Virus record (IMG/VR): IMGVR_UViG_3300033551_000005
Span: 1 to 59,110 of that record
Source of the DNA: a virus
Taxonomy: Duplodnaviria > Caudoviricetes
Strand: one strand, 5' to 3'
DNA: 59,110 bases
Made by a program: the position numbers and the translations under genes. The notes below the pieces were generated by a model. It searched no databases. It was given only the letters and a program-made list of their open reading frames with translations, and had not been told where the DNA came from. Within the stretch, counting starts at the first letter, position 1; each line of letters begins with the position of its first letter. Shown here piece by piece: positions 17,584 to 26,260 of this stretch.

Positions 17584-18504
17584 TCACACCTTCCCGTCGT
17601 TGAGCCGCCGCTGGAGCGCCATGATGGCGCGCGACTCTCGCGAGAGTACGCCGTCGACCGGGGTCCCCAGGTGGCGCTGGAGGTCGCGGATCGTGTCCGG
17701 CCCCAGGATGCCGTCCGGGTACGAGCCCAGCCGGTTCTGGAGCGCCGCGATGACGCGGCTGCCCTTCGGCCGGGCCTCCCACACCCAGCCCGTGGTGAGC
17801 CCCGGGTTGCTCGCCTTGTACGCGCGGTTCTGCGAGGACACGACGCCGTCCCGCGTGGTGCCGAGCACCTTCTGGAGGCGCCGGGTCGTGGTGCCGCCCC
17901 AGAACCCGTCGACCGTGAGGTCGCCCTTCGGCGTGCTCGGCTTCGGCGGGGTGATGGGGTTGTCCACCTCCTCGGCGCCGTCGTCGGTGCGGTACTCGCC
18001 CCGGTTGATGTCGTCGATCAGGTCGTAGGCGTACCGGCCGGGGCACGCCGTCGAGGCACCGGGGGCGTCCCTGTGCCCGCCTGTGAGACGCGCACGCTTC
18101 CACCACCCTCGGGTGACGCCGAGCCGCAGCAGGCCGTCCACGGCCTCCAGCATCGGCCGAGGCGGGGTCGCCTTGTCGTAGTTGCCGACGAGCACGATGT
18201 TCGCCGTCGGCGTGTTGTAGCCCGCGATGGCGGCGCCGACGCGGTCGATGGACAGGCCCTCGAACACGAGCCCGGCCGGGGTGATGGGGAAGTGGTACGA
18301 GATGCCCTTGCCGAACCGGCTCTGGCCGATGGACTCCAGCGTGCGGATGGCTGCGTAGTCGTCCGTGAAAGGCGGCAGCAGGTCGGGGGCGATCGTCACC
18401 GAGTGGTGCAGGTAGACGTCCAGGTCACCGACCGTGCGCAGCCCGAACCCGTTGCCGTACCGCGCGCCCCACTCGGCGCGCGTGATGATGTCGGGGGTGC
18501 TCAT
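17584..18504 (-). CDS. Endolysin: N-acetylmuramoyl-L-alanine amidase with peptidoglycan-binding repeats
   Basis: ITRAEWGA, YLHHS, ISYHF, GHRD....STACPG; C-terminal VDGFWG/DGILGPDT..LQ repeats. Confidence 0.9.
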   Translation of the reverse strand: MSTPDIITRAEWGARYGNGFGLRTVGDLDVYLHHSVTIAPDLLPPFTDDYAAIRTLESIGQSRFGKGISYHFPITPAGLVFEGLSIDRVGAAIAGYNTPTANIVLVGNYDKATPPRPMLEAVDGLLRLGVTRGWWKRARLTGGHRDAPGASTACPGRYAYDLIDDINRGEYRTDDGAEEVDNPITPPKPSTPKGDLTVDGFWGGTTTRRLQKVLGTTRDGVVSSQNRAYKASNPGLTTGWVWEARPKGSRVIAALQNRLGSYPDGILGPDTIRDLQRHLGTPVDGVLSRESRAIMALQRRLNDGKV

Positions 18505-18537
18505 GTACGGAGCGTAACGCGCGACCCTCGTCTTGCG

Positions 18538-18599
18538 TGTTCTTCTCTCATCACCGTATGCTCGCGCCGCAGGCGCGCATGCGTGATGAAGAAAGAACA
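18538..18599. repeat. Dispersed long hairpin family, copy A (divergent centre)
   Basis: TGTTCTTCTCTCATCAC...GTGATGAAGAAAGAACA. Confidence 0.7.
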
Positions 18600-18643
18600 G
18601 AGAAGAGCCCCGGCCGGTTGGCCGGGGCTCTCTGCTGTGTGGA

Positions 18644-19663
18644 TCAGGCGCTGACGGCGACGTCCTGCGCGATGCGGCTGGCCGACTGGATCAGCCGGTC
18701 ACGGTCCAGGAACGACCGGCGGAACAGGTTCTCCGCGCGGTCCTGGTCGCTCTTGCCGCGCGTCGAGCGGAACCACTGGCTGTACTCGACGGCGCCCTGG
18801 ACCAGGCCGTACGCCGTGTTCTTCACGCCCTCCGAGGTGGCCGAGGCGAAGATCGTGCGCAGGTCGCCCCGGGCGGTCTCGATGTTCGTCATGACGCGCT
18901 TGCTGACGATCGCGGCCTCCGGCGCCGGGACGAACCGCTCGATGAACTCCTCGCGCTGCGCGTCGGTGATGCGCATGCTGATCAGGTGCTCGTTGAAGAC
19001 CTTCCACTCCTCGACGGACACGCGCCACATGGCGAGCGCCTGCTTGGCCTCCTCGATGCGGTCCTTCACGTTCTTCGTGTGCCGGAACACAATCTCGGTG
19101 CCGTGCGCCTTGGCGCTCATGTCGGCCATCCGGCTGGTGTTCGCGCAGACGATGCGGGTGTTGATCGCCTGGCCCCGGAACGAGCCGCCGCCGTCGTGGT
19201 TGTTCTGGAGGGCGAAGTACTGGAGGGTCGCGCCGTTCGGGTCGCCCCGCAGCACCAGCGGCTCCGCGAGCCGGAGCAGCAGCCACACCTGACGGCCGCC
19301 GCGCAGCGAGCCGCCCGTCTCGTACCGGATGTCGCCGCCGAGGCCGGTCACGGCCTCCGCGATGTCGTACATCTCCTCGTTCGTGACGATGCCGAGCGTG
19401 TCGTTCGTGACGCCGATGTGCCCGCCGTTGTCGCTGCGGACGACCTCCTGCTGGCCCTCGATGGGCTCGTAGGTCACGGTCGGCATGCCGTCCGGGCCGA
19501 AGCCGGGCACCTGCCGGAAGACCGGCGCCGTGATGGGCTCCCACGGGTGGGCGATGGCCTTCGCCTCCTCGCGGCTCGGGTACTCGGTGAGCACCTTGCC
19601 GAGGCCGTGCCACGGCATCTGGCGGACAGAGAACATGTCGTCGGTGCTGGTGATCTCGTGCAT
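18644..19663 (-). CDS. DUF932/DUF945 family protein
   Basis: MFSVRQMPWHGLG...YETGGSLRGGRQVW...NNHDG...RIVCANT...RHT. Confidence 0.85.
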   Translation of the reverse strand: MHEITSTDDMFSVRQMPWHGLGKVLTEYPSREEAKAIAHPWEPITAPVFRQVPGFGPDGMPTVTYEPIEGQQEVVRSDNGGHIGVTNDTLGIVTNEEMYDIAEAVTGLGGDIRYETGGSLRGGRQVWLLLRLAEPLVLRGDPNGATLQYFALQNNHDGGGSFRGQAINTRIVCANTSRMADMSAKAHGTEIVFRHTKNVKDRIEEAKQALAMWRVSVEEWKVFNEHLISMRITDAQREEFIERFVPAPEAAIVSKRVMTNIETARGDLRTIFASATSEGVKNTAYGLVQGAVEYSQWFRSTRGKSDQDRAENLFRRSFLDRDRLIQSASRIAQDVAVSA

Positions 19664-19688
19664 GGGGTGCTCCCTAGGTTGGTGTCGC

Positions 19689-19735
19689 GTTGTGCTGACG
19701 TACGTAACATTAGCATCATCTGTAAGGCAGGGCAA
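19689..19735 (-). promoter_or_regulatory. Conserved promoter/operator/leader element, copy 4
   Basis: TTGCCC-N17-TAATGT-TACGTACGTCAGCACAAC. Confidence 0.85.
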
Positions 19736-19776
19736 CACGAAACGGCCCGGACCTCCAAAGAAGTCCGGGCCGTCTG

Positions 19777-20226
19777 TCACGCGACCAACTCCACCAGGTG
19801 CTTGGCGCCCCAAGAGAAGTGCGCCCAGCCGTGGTTCGGGAGCGGCTTGCTGGTCGCGAAGTTCTTGTACGTGAGCCCCGTCGCGAGCCGGGCGCAGACG
19901 AGGATTTCCTCGACGTCCTTCGGCTCCCGGTCTTCCCGGCCGGGCCGGGGCACCCCGACGCGCAGCCCAGAGCCGGTCGCCGCGCTCGGCTCGATCGAGA
20001 ACGTCACGCGGTACCCGTCGATCCGGTCGTAGTCGACGACGCCGACGTTGCCCTCTCGCTCGATGATGACCCACGAGACCTGCACGAACCCGCCACCCCG
20101 CAGCCGGGGCCGGGCGTAGACGTACACCCGGAACCCGTCTGCGAGCAGCGCCCGAACCGGCTCCTTCATCGCGCCGTCGAGCGGGAAGTCTTCGAGCGCC
20201 ACCCAGGGCGCCTCGGGCGCGTTCAC
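19777..20226 (-). CDS. Hypothetical protein
   Basis: VNAPEAPW...; GTGA overlap. Confidence 0.6.
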   Translation of the reverse strand: MNAPEAPWVALEDFPLDGAMKEPVRALLADGFRVYVYARPRLRGGGFVQVSWVIIEREGNVGVVDYDRIDGYRVTFSIEPSAATGSGLRVGVPRPGREDREPKDVEEILVCARLATGLTYKNFATSKPLPNHGWAHFSWGAKHLVELVA

Positions 20227-20819
20227 CGGCCACCGTCGATCAGGTCGAGCAGGGCCTCCAGGAGGTCGGCCGTCACGGTGCTGACGTCCCCCGCGCTGAT
20301 CCGGCTGCGCTCCAGGATGACCTGACGGTCGATGTGCACGTCCCGCAGCCGCTCGTTGATGCGGCCCTCGCGGTCCCGTCGGATGGACTTCTCGGCGCGA
20401 GCCGCCGACAGCCTCTCCTCCTCGGCCTGCTGGTGCGCGGCCATACGCTGCTCCGCGTCCTCCCAGGTCGTGACGAGGGTGCGCGTCTCCGCCGTCGTCG
20501 GCTCGCCCCAGGCGCCCGTGTTGCCGTTGGCGCCGGGCAGCCACTGCCGGATCAGGACCAGGCTCCCCTTGCCCCGGCCCCGGTCGTACGGCATCGGCCG
20601 CCTGCGCCGGTACCGCTTCGAGACCTCGACCGTCCCGCCGCCGGGAAGTCGCACGACCTCCGCCTCCTCCGTGTCGACGTCGGCCCGGTAGCGAGCCACG
20701 TTCTCCCACGGCTCGGCGTCGAGCACCTGCACCCGGCGGGCGTGGCCCCGGTACTTGTCCCAGTCCCGCCAGGTTGCGAGCGCGTAGTCCGCGCCGACCT
20801 CGATCTTGCTGCGCTGCAT
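20223..20819 (-). CDS. Hypothetical protein
   Basis: MQRSKIEVGADYA... Confidence 0.65.
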   Translation of the reverse strand: MQRSKIEVGADYALATWRDWDKYRGHARRVQVLDAEPWENVARYRADVDTEEAEVVRLPGGGTVEVSKRYRRRRPMPYDRGRGKGSLVLIRQWLPGANGNTGAWGEPTTAETRTLVTTWEDAEQRMAAHQQAEEERLSAARAEKSIRRDREGRINERLRDVHIDRQVILERSRISAGDVSTVTADLLEALLDLIDGGR

Positions 20820-21157
20820 CAGTTCTTCTCCTCGATCTTGGGCGCCAGCATGGCGTCCCACTTCTCGCCTACGGTGTCGACGATGGCCCAAGCCGCGTCG
20901 ATGAAGTTGTCGCCCCGGAAGTGCTGCTCCAGGTCGTTGTCGGCGCTGGTGACGAACACCGGGACGCCGTCGTACTTCTCGGCCTCGGGGTCCCGCGACA
21001 GCAGGGTGGTGATGAGCAGCGTCTGCCCGACGCCCTCGCCGTCGACCACCAGCACGAGGCCGGTGAAGAACCCGATGCCGCTGCTGCCGTTGCGCTGGTA
21101 CGAGGCGGCCAGCACCTCGTAGGCGCCGTACGGTCCCCTCGCGATCTTGTTGCTCAT
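20819..21157 (-). CDS. Hypothetical protein
   Basis: MSNKIARG...YQRNGSSGIGF...FRGDNF; GAGGAGGAG RBS. Confidence 0.65.
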   Translation of the reverse strand: MSNKIARGPYGAYEVLAASYQRNGSSGIGFFTGLVLVVDGEGVGQTLLITTLLSRDPEAEKYDGVPVFVTSADNDLEQHFRGDNFIDAAWAIVDTVGEKWDAMLAPKIEEKN

Positions 21158-21219
21158 GCTGCTCCTCCTCGGGGAGCCGGGGCGGGTCGCCGTGCAGCGG
21201 CCCGCCGGGGTGGGGTTGC

Positions 21220-21798
21220 TCAGGCCTCGTCCATCCGGGTGCGGATGGTGACCCGGCCGGGGTGGACGTTGAACCGCGCCGTCGAGCGCTTGCTGTGCCC
21301 GAGCAGGTCCAGCGTCAGGGTGCCGTCGGTCGGCTCGACGTACCGCACGCGCCACCGGGGCGCCTCGCCCTTCGCCAGGAACGGCTTGGTGTACGAGACG
21401 ACGTCGCCCTGGCGGGGCGTGGTGCGCAGGCCCTCGCGGAGGATCTTGCCCTGCTCAGCGAGCGGCGGGACCGGCTCGGTGGAGCGGGTCAGGCCGCAGT
21501 CCATGCACGCCTCGATGGTCGCGAGGCCGGGGACCGGCAGCACCTCTTCGTGGTCGCACACGTCCTGGGCGATCTTCGCGACGTGCAGGTCGCCGCCCGC
21601 CTTCTTGACGAGGGCCATCAGGCCGAAGCCGTGGCGCAGGTTGTGGTCGCCCTTGGTGCCGATGCGGCCGTCCGTCATGCGGAACGCCTCGTGCGCCGTG
21701 ACGAACTGCGGGACGCCCTCGCGGCGGAGCCGGGTGTAGGCGCTGGTGAGCAGGTCGGTGGTGACGTGACGGCGGCGGCGGGTGGTGTTGCGGGACAT
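21220..21798 (-). CDS. Hypothetical protein
   Basis: GAGGAGG RBS; partial conserved leader at 21824-21836. Confidence 0.65.
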   Translation of the reverse strand: MSRNTTRRRRHVTTDLLTSAYTRLRREGVPQFVTAHEAFRMTDGRIGTKGDHNLRHGFGLMALVKKAGGDLHVAKIAQDVCDHEEVLPVPGLATIEACMDCGLTRSTEPVPPLAEQGKILREGLRTTPRQGDVVSYTKPFLAKGEAPRWRVRYVEPTDGTLTLDLLGHSKRSTARFNVHPGRVTIRTRMDEA

Positions 21799-21888
21799 GG
21801 TGTCCTCCTCGATTGGGTGGTGCGTTGTGCTGACGTGCCCCGGCTAGGTCGTGAACCTGCGCCGCCTACGCGGTGCCGGGGCGGCCGG

Positions 21889-22152
21889 TCAGTTGACCGG
21901 GATGATCGGGAACGCCGCGCCCTTCTCGGTGAGCCGGTAGGCGTCGTGGCCCGGCTTGTCGCCGCACCACTCGATGAGGCCGTAGTTCCGCATCAGGGTG
22001 TGAGCGTGGGTCGCGGCCGACTGGTGCATCCGGGCCACCCGGGCGATGTTCTTCCGCGAGATGTAGCCGGGGTTCATCAGGCGGGCCGCCGCGAACGCCT
22101 TGGCGAGGCTCGGGGTGATCTTGTGACCCTGGATGCGAAGCGTGGTAGCCAT
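21889..22152 (-). CDS. Putative winged-HTH protein
   Basis: ISRKNIARVARMHQSAA...LMRNYGLIEW...YRLTEKG. Confidence 0.6.
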   Translation of the reverse strand: MATTLRIQGHKITPSLAKAFAAARLMNPGYISRKNIARVARMHQSAATHAHTLMRNYGLIEWCGDKPGHDAYRLTEKGAAFPIIPVN

Positions 22153-22176
22153 CGTGACCTCCTGGTTTGGTGCTCT

Positions 22177-22222
22177 GTTGTGCTGACATACGTAACATTA
22201 GCACACCAGCAAGGAGGGGCAA
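22177..22222 (-). promoter_or_regulatory. Conserved promoter/operator/leader element, copy 5
   Basis: TTGCCC-N16-TAATGT-TACGTATGTCAGCACAAC. Confidence 0.85.
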
Positions 22223-22244
22223 CACGAAACATGTTACGGTTGTG

Positions 22245-22559
22245 TTACGGCTCCGGCAGGTAGCCCAGCGTCTCGGCCACCGAGAGCACGACGGCGCCGA
22301 CGCCGCCCGCCGCCCGCAGGTCCGCGAGGCGCTTCTGCTGGCGGATCGTCGCCCGGCCGTACGCGTGCTCGGTGCTCTCACCGAGCCGCTGCTTCTTCAC
22401 CTCGAAGCCGTAGATCCGGCCGTCGATGACGACGACGAGGTCGGGCAGCCCGGCGGCCTGGTACGGCCCGCCGTGGATCTTGGTGATCATCGCGCTCGGG
22501 TGCCGCTTCTTGATCGCCCGCGTGATCTGCCCCACGAGCAGGGTCTCCGGCTGTGCCAC
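22245..22559 (-). CDS. VRR-Nuc domain nuclease (resolvase-like)
   Basis: KIHGGPYQAAGLPDL....GFEVK...Q...L..AGG. Confidence 0.85.
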   Translation of the reverse strand: MAQPETLLVGQITRAIKKRHPSAMITKIHGGPYQAAGLPDLVVVIDGRIYGFEVKKQRLGESTEHAYGRATIRQQKRLADLRAAGGVGAVVLSVAETLGYLPEP

Positions 22560-22643
22560 GAGTCCTCCTGGATACGAGAGTGGCCCGCCCCGGAGTGAGT
22601 GCGGGGCGGGCCGTGCGGCAGCCGGTGAAGGGCGACCGTCGCG

Positions 22644-22714
22644 AGGCGCTGGCGGGAGTTGAACCCGCTTGTCCGGCTTTGCAGGCCGTTCCCTGGCCGT
22701 TCGGGCACAGCGCC
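22644..22714 (-). tRNA. tRNA-Cys(GCA)
   Basis: GGCGCTG acceptor stem, CT-GCA-AA anticodon loop, GGTTCAACTCC T-arm, U discriminator; CCA not encoded. Confidence 0.85.
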
Positions 22715-22715
22715 T

Positions 22716-22790
22716 TGGCTCCCCACGCAGGACTTGAACCTGCAATACCTGGGTAACAACCAGGCGTGTTGCCAATTACACCAGCGGGGA
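22716..22790 (-). tRNA. tRNA-Asn(GTT)
   Basis: TCCCCGC acceptor stem, CCTGG-TTGTTAC-CCAGG anticodon arm, GGTTCAAGTCC, GCCA end. Confidence 0.9.
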
Positions 22791-22794
22791 AAGC

Positions 22795-22965
22795 GCGTCC
22801 CCGGGAGCGCGGCCGTCCGGCCGAACCCCCGGGAACACTTCCCGCCGCTCATCGCGGCGGGCGGGGTGCCTGGTGTCGGTGAAGTCACCAGGCGGGGTGC
22901 TGAGCCGGGGAGCACCACAGAGGTTGAGTGTCAGCACAACCACCCGCTCTACCCAGCCCAGCCGT
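22795..22965 (-). ncRNA. Candidate structured RNA upstream of the tRNA pair
   Basis: About five consecutive hairpins in a non-coding gap; contains GTTGTGCTGACA, antisense to the conserved leader. Confidence 0.4.
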
Positions 22966-22977
22966 CATGACCCTACC

Positions 22978-23613
22978 TCAGAGGTTGATGTCCGCCAGAG
23001 ACAGGGTCTCCGGCTCCTCCTTGGCGGGGACGGTGGTGGGCGCCGGTGCGGCGGCCGTGCGCACACGGTCCGCCACGGTGGCCTCGCCGCCGGTCGTGAA
23101 CTCCTTCACGACCTCCGCCGGGGCGTCCTCGACGACGGCGGCCTGCACCGGCTCGGCGACGGCCTCGGGCACGTCCTCGACCATCTGCTCCAGCACCGGC
23201 ACGTCGGCCGGGGCGTCCTCGGCCTCCGGCGCGATGTAGCGAGCGTAGCCGTCGATCTGCGACGTGCCGGGGCGGCCCCGGTACGGCTCGGCGTGGCTCG
23301 TGTCGATGTAGACCTTGCGGTTCTTCCACGCCTCGGGGTTGATGCTGAGGCGCTTCTTCGGCGTGGGCATGCCCAGGCCGTTGAGGAAGCCGACGATCTT
23401 GAAGAGCGCCTTCGGCGTGATGGCGAGCCGGTCGATGATGACCTTGCCGCTCTCCGGCCCCTCGATGATGCGGAGGAAGACGGTGAACATGTCGTTCTGC
23501 GACTTGCTCTTGCCGAACTCGTAGTCCTCGACGATCGCGAGGTAGCGCGCGTCCGCGACCGTGTCCGAGATGTTCGGGCGGTAGCCGGACAGGTCCAGGG
23601 TGTACTGACCCAT
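22978..23613 (-). CDS. DUF669-like ssDNA-binding protein
   Basis: YLAIVEDYE.GKSKSQNDMFTV.LRIIEGPESG...ALFKIVGFL; acidic tail; follows the AAA ATPase. Confidence 0.7.
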   Translation of the reverse strand: MGQYTLDLSGYRPNISDTVADARYLAIVEDYEFGKSKSQNDMFTVFLRIIEGPESGKVIIDRLAITPKALFKIVGFLNGLGMPTPKKRLSINPEAWKNRKVYIDTSHAEPYRGRPGTSQIDGYARYIAPEAEDAPADVPVLEQMVEDVPEAVAEPVQAAVVEDAPAEVVKEFTTGGEATVADRVRTAAAPAPTTVPAKEEPETLSLADINL

Positions 23614-23652
23614 GTGGGTTTCTCTTTTCTGTGCTGTTTTGTTGCGGTTTGG

Positions 23653-24495
23653 TTACTTGCTCGCGGCCTTGACCGTGGGCATGCCGCCGATGCCGAGCGT
23701 GGTCCCGAGGGACACGAGCGACAGCGGGGCCTTCCGGCCGAGCACGGGCGGGATACGGCCGTGCAGGTGCGCCGGGACGCGCGCCTTGATGCGGTACTCG
23801 ACGTCGTTGCCGAAGCGGGCGACGTGGCGCTCGGCCGGGTTGCCCTCCTCGTCGGTGTTGTCGTAGTCCTTCTCCGCCTCGCAGAACATGACGTAGTCGG
23901 GCGAGGCGAGCGTGATCGACTGCGCGCCGCGCTGGACGTCGACCGTCCGCGTGGTCGTGTTGTTGATCTCGTCCTCGGTGATCTTCGTCTGCGCCGTCAG
24001 GATGACGTGCATGGGGTTCGCACGCTCCGCGTCCGCGAGGCTGTACCAGAACGTCGGGATGTCCGACATGATGTCGAGCGCCTGCCCCCAGGTGCGCTGG
24101 TCGGCCGGGGCGACGCCCTGACCAATCTCGCGGACGGCCGTCTCGCTGTGGCCGAGGAGGAACCGCATCGTCATCTTCTGGACGCCGGTCAGGCTGTCCA
24201 GGACGACCGCCTTGAAGCCGCCCTCACCCCGGTCCAGGGCGTAGAACAGTTCGTCCAACTGCTTGATGGACTTGGGGCGGACGACGGTGATGTTCTTCGC
24301 CCACGGCGTGCCGAGGAACGACCGGGGGCCGCGCTCGCCTCGCATGTCGACGAAGATCGTCTTGCCGACCTGGGCGATGGTGCTCGCCAGGTACGACTTG
24401 CCCGAGCCCTGGCTGCCGTGCAGCAGGAACCGGCCGTAGTCGTCACCGATCTGGTCGGTGCCGTACAGGGTCAGCCCTGCGATCGTGTTGCTCAA
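23653..24495 (-). CDS. AAA_24 / Sak4-like recombination ATPase
   Basis: FLLHGSQGSGKS, VVLDSLT, HVILTAQ. Confidence 0.85.
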   Translation of the reverse strand: MSNTIAGLTLYGTDQIGDDYGRFLLHGSQGSGKSYLASTIAQVGKTIFVDMRGERGPRSFLGTPWAKNITVVRPKSIKQLDELFYALDRGEGGFKAVVLDSLTGVQKMTMRFLLGHSETAVREIGQGVAPADQRTWGQALDIMSDIPTFWYSLADAERANPMHVILTAQTKITEDEINNTTTRTVDVQRGAQSITLASPDYVMFCEAEKDYDNTDEEGNPAERHVARFGNDVEYRIKARVPAHLHGRIPPVLGRKAPLSLVSLGTTLGIGGMPTVKAASK

Positions 24496-24535
24496 TCTGT
24501 CTCCAGTTGTCCGGGTCTGTCACACTGACTTGACC

Positions 24536-24552
24536 TTACGTACGTAATCATA
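24536..24552 (-). promoter_or_regulatory. -10 box plus perfect operator palindrome
   Basis: TATGAT-TACGTACGTAA; TTACGTACGTAA at 24536-24547. Confidence 0.7.
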
Positions 24553-24558
24553 CACGCC

Positions 24559-24795
24559 CTACGAGCGGACGCGAACCGGGGAGTTCTTCTCCTCCTCGGG
24601 CCGCCCCAGAGCCGCCCGGCAGGCGGCGTCCTTGGCGACCAGCAGCGCCTGCATGGCGGCGTCCTTCTGCGGGCCGTCGGGCAGGTACTCGTCCCACCAC
24701 CGCTGCGTCGCCTCGGCGTCGAGCGCCGCGTTGGCGATCCGGGCGTCCTGCGTGCGCTGGGACGTGTCGAAGAACTGCGTCGTGTGGTGAGCCAT
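24559..24795 (-). CDS. Small conserved phage protein
   Basis: LPDGPQKDAAMQALLVAKDAACRA pattern, loosely reminiscent of Acb2/Tad1-like small helical proteins. Confidence 0.6.
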   Translation of the reverse strand: MAHHTTQFFDTSQRTQDARIANAALDAEATQRWWDEYLPDGPQKDAAMQALLVAKDAACRAALGRPEEEKNSPVRVRS

Positions 24796-24804
24796 GCCGG
24801 GACC

Positions 24805-25938
24805 CTACGCCTTCACGGCGAGGCCGTAGCCCGAGGGCTCCAGCCGCTGGTTCGTGCGCATCTCGTCGAGGCAGAGCATCACGAAGTCGCAGCCCTTGCA
24901 GCCGTTGCGCGAGAGGTTCCGCGCGATCGGCCCCAGGCTCGGGTCGTCGAACCGGCGGCGAGCCTCGGCCTGCCCCTCGGCCGTGGCGACGGCCTCCTGG
25001 AGGTGGCCCCGGATGATGCGCGGGTTCACCGGGTCGAGCGTGCGCCGGTTCCACTTGTCGCGCTCCGACGGCGTGCTCAACTTCTCGATGACCTTCGGGT
25101 CGCGCTCGTAGAAGCCCGCGCCGCTGCCGTCCTTCTTGAGCCCCGGGAACGGCACCGGCTCCTCGGTGAACGCGAGGTAGGCCGCGACGTCGTAGTCCGT
25201 GACGGACGCCGACAACTTGCCTGCCTTGGTGACGGCGGGCTGCGCGGCGGGCTTCGAGCGGGCGCGGTCGTAGCCGACGGCCCCCACGTTGATGCCCAAC
25301 TGCACCGACACGCCCCAGGCGTAGAGGTGCAACTGCGAGTCGAGCAGGTCGTCCAGCGACTCGGCCGCCGCGATGGTGCCGTTCGTCTTGTGGTCGCGGA
25401 CGACGATCAGGCCCAGGCGCTTGTCGCGGTAGACCTCGTCGACTCGGCCCCGGAGCACGACGCCGGAGTCCGCGATCGGCACCTCCACGAACACCTCGAC
25501 CGCGATCACCTCCTCGTTCTCGCGGGACTCCGCGCCCCACGCCTCCTCCCACCGAGCGTCCATCTCGACGAGGTGCGGCACGAGCGGGGCGCCGGTCTTC
25601 TCGATCCACTGCTCCTGCCGGGTGAGGTTCAGGCTGTTCCAGAACGACTCGGCGGCGGCGAAGACATGCGCCTTCTGGAGGTGCGGGCCGACCGACAGTT
25701 CCGGCCCCATGTCGCCCGTGCTGATCTTGTCGGGCAGGTACAGCGGCGCGGCCTCCTGCGACCGGCTGCGGGCGATGGCGTCGGCGGCGCGCAGCGCGTG
25801 CCACCACGAGCCGAGTTCGCGAGTGATGAGCGGCTGCACCCCGGCGGGCCGGAGGCGCCGCAGGGTGGAGAACTCGAACTTCTTGGGGCACGCTCGGTAG
25901 GTGCCCAGGCTGCTGGGCGAGACGGTGATCGGGGGCAT
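24805..25938 (-). CDS. Cas4-like PD-(D/E)xK exonuclease
   Basis: SPSSLGTYRACP, GRVDEVY...VRDHKT, QLHLYA, C..C.F..LC. Confidence 0.9.
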   Translation of the reverse strand: MPPITVSPSSLGTYRACPKKFEFSTLRRLRPAGVQPLITRELGSWWHALRAADAIARSRSQEAAPLYLPDKISTGDMGPELSVGPHLQKAHVFAAAESFWNSLNLTRQEQWIEKTGAPLVPHLVEMDARWEEAWGAESRENEEVIAVEVFVEVPIADSGVVLRGRVDEVYRDKRLGLIVVRDHKTNGTIAAAESLDDLLDSQLHLYAWGVSVQLGINVGAVGYDRARSKPAAQPAVTKAGKLSASVTDYDVAAYLAFTEEPVPFPGLKKDGSGAGFYERDPKVIEKLSTPSERDKWNRRTLDPVNPRIIRGHLQEAVATAEGQAEARRRFDDPSLGPIARNLSRNGCKGCDFVMLCLDEMRTNQRLEPSGYGLAVKA

Positions 25939-25959
25939 GGGGCTCCTCGGTTCGGGGTC

Positions 25960-26018
25960 GTTCTTCGTTCATCACTCACCCACCCCTTACGGGGAGGGGT
26001 GAGTGATGAACGAAGAAC
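25960..26018. repeat. Dispersed long hairpin family, copy B
   Basis: GTTCTTCGTTCATCACTCACCC-ACCCCTTACGGGGA-GGGGTGAGTGATGAACGAAGAAC. Confidence 0.85.
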
Positions 26019-26260
26019 ACGACTAGGTGAGATGGCGGTCTGACCTGCGGGGTAGGGTGCGTGAACCGCTCCACCCTGCGGGCCGTTGCCCCGGGTTGCT
26101 GGGGCGTGTGTTTACTAATGTATCATGTGCTCGGCCCGGCAATGGGCCTCGGTGAAAGGAACCACATGACCCATGAAATGCCGAAGGGCCGCGCCCCCAG
26201 ACGCGGCCCTTCACGTAACAGCAACCCCACCCCGACCGGCACTGACGAGAGGACGGCGGG

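Noticed and set aside
22644-22790. tRNAs as an attachment site or prophage boundary
   Set aside because: No integrase, no duplicated tRNA 3' end, and phage genes continue on both sides.
24805-25938. Cas4-like gene as evidence of a CRISPR-Cas system
   Set aside because: Stand-alone exonuclease in the usual exonuclease-ATPase-SSB recombination module; no other cas genes or array.
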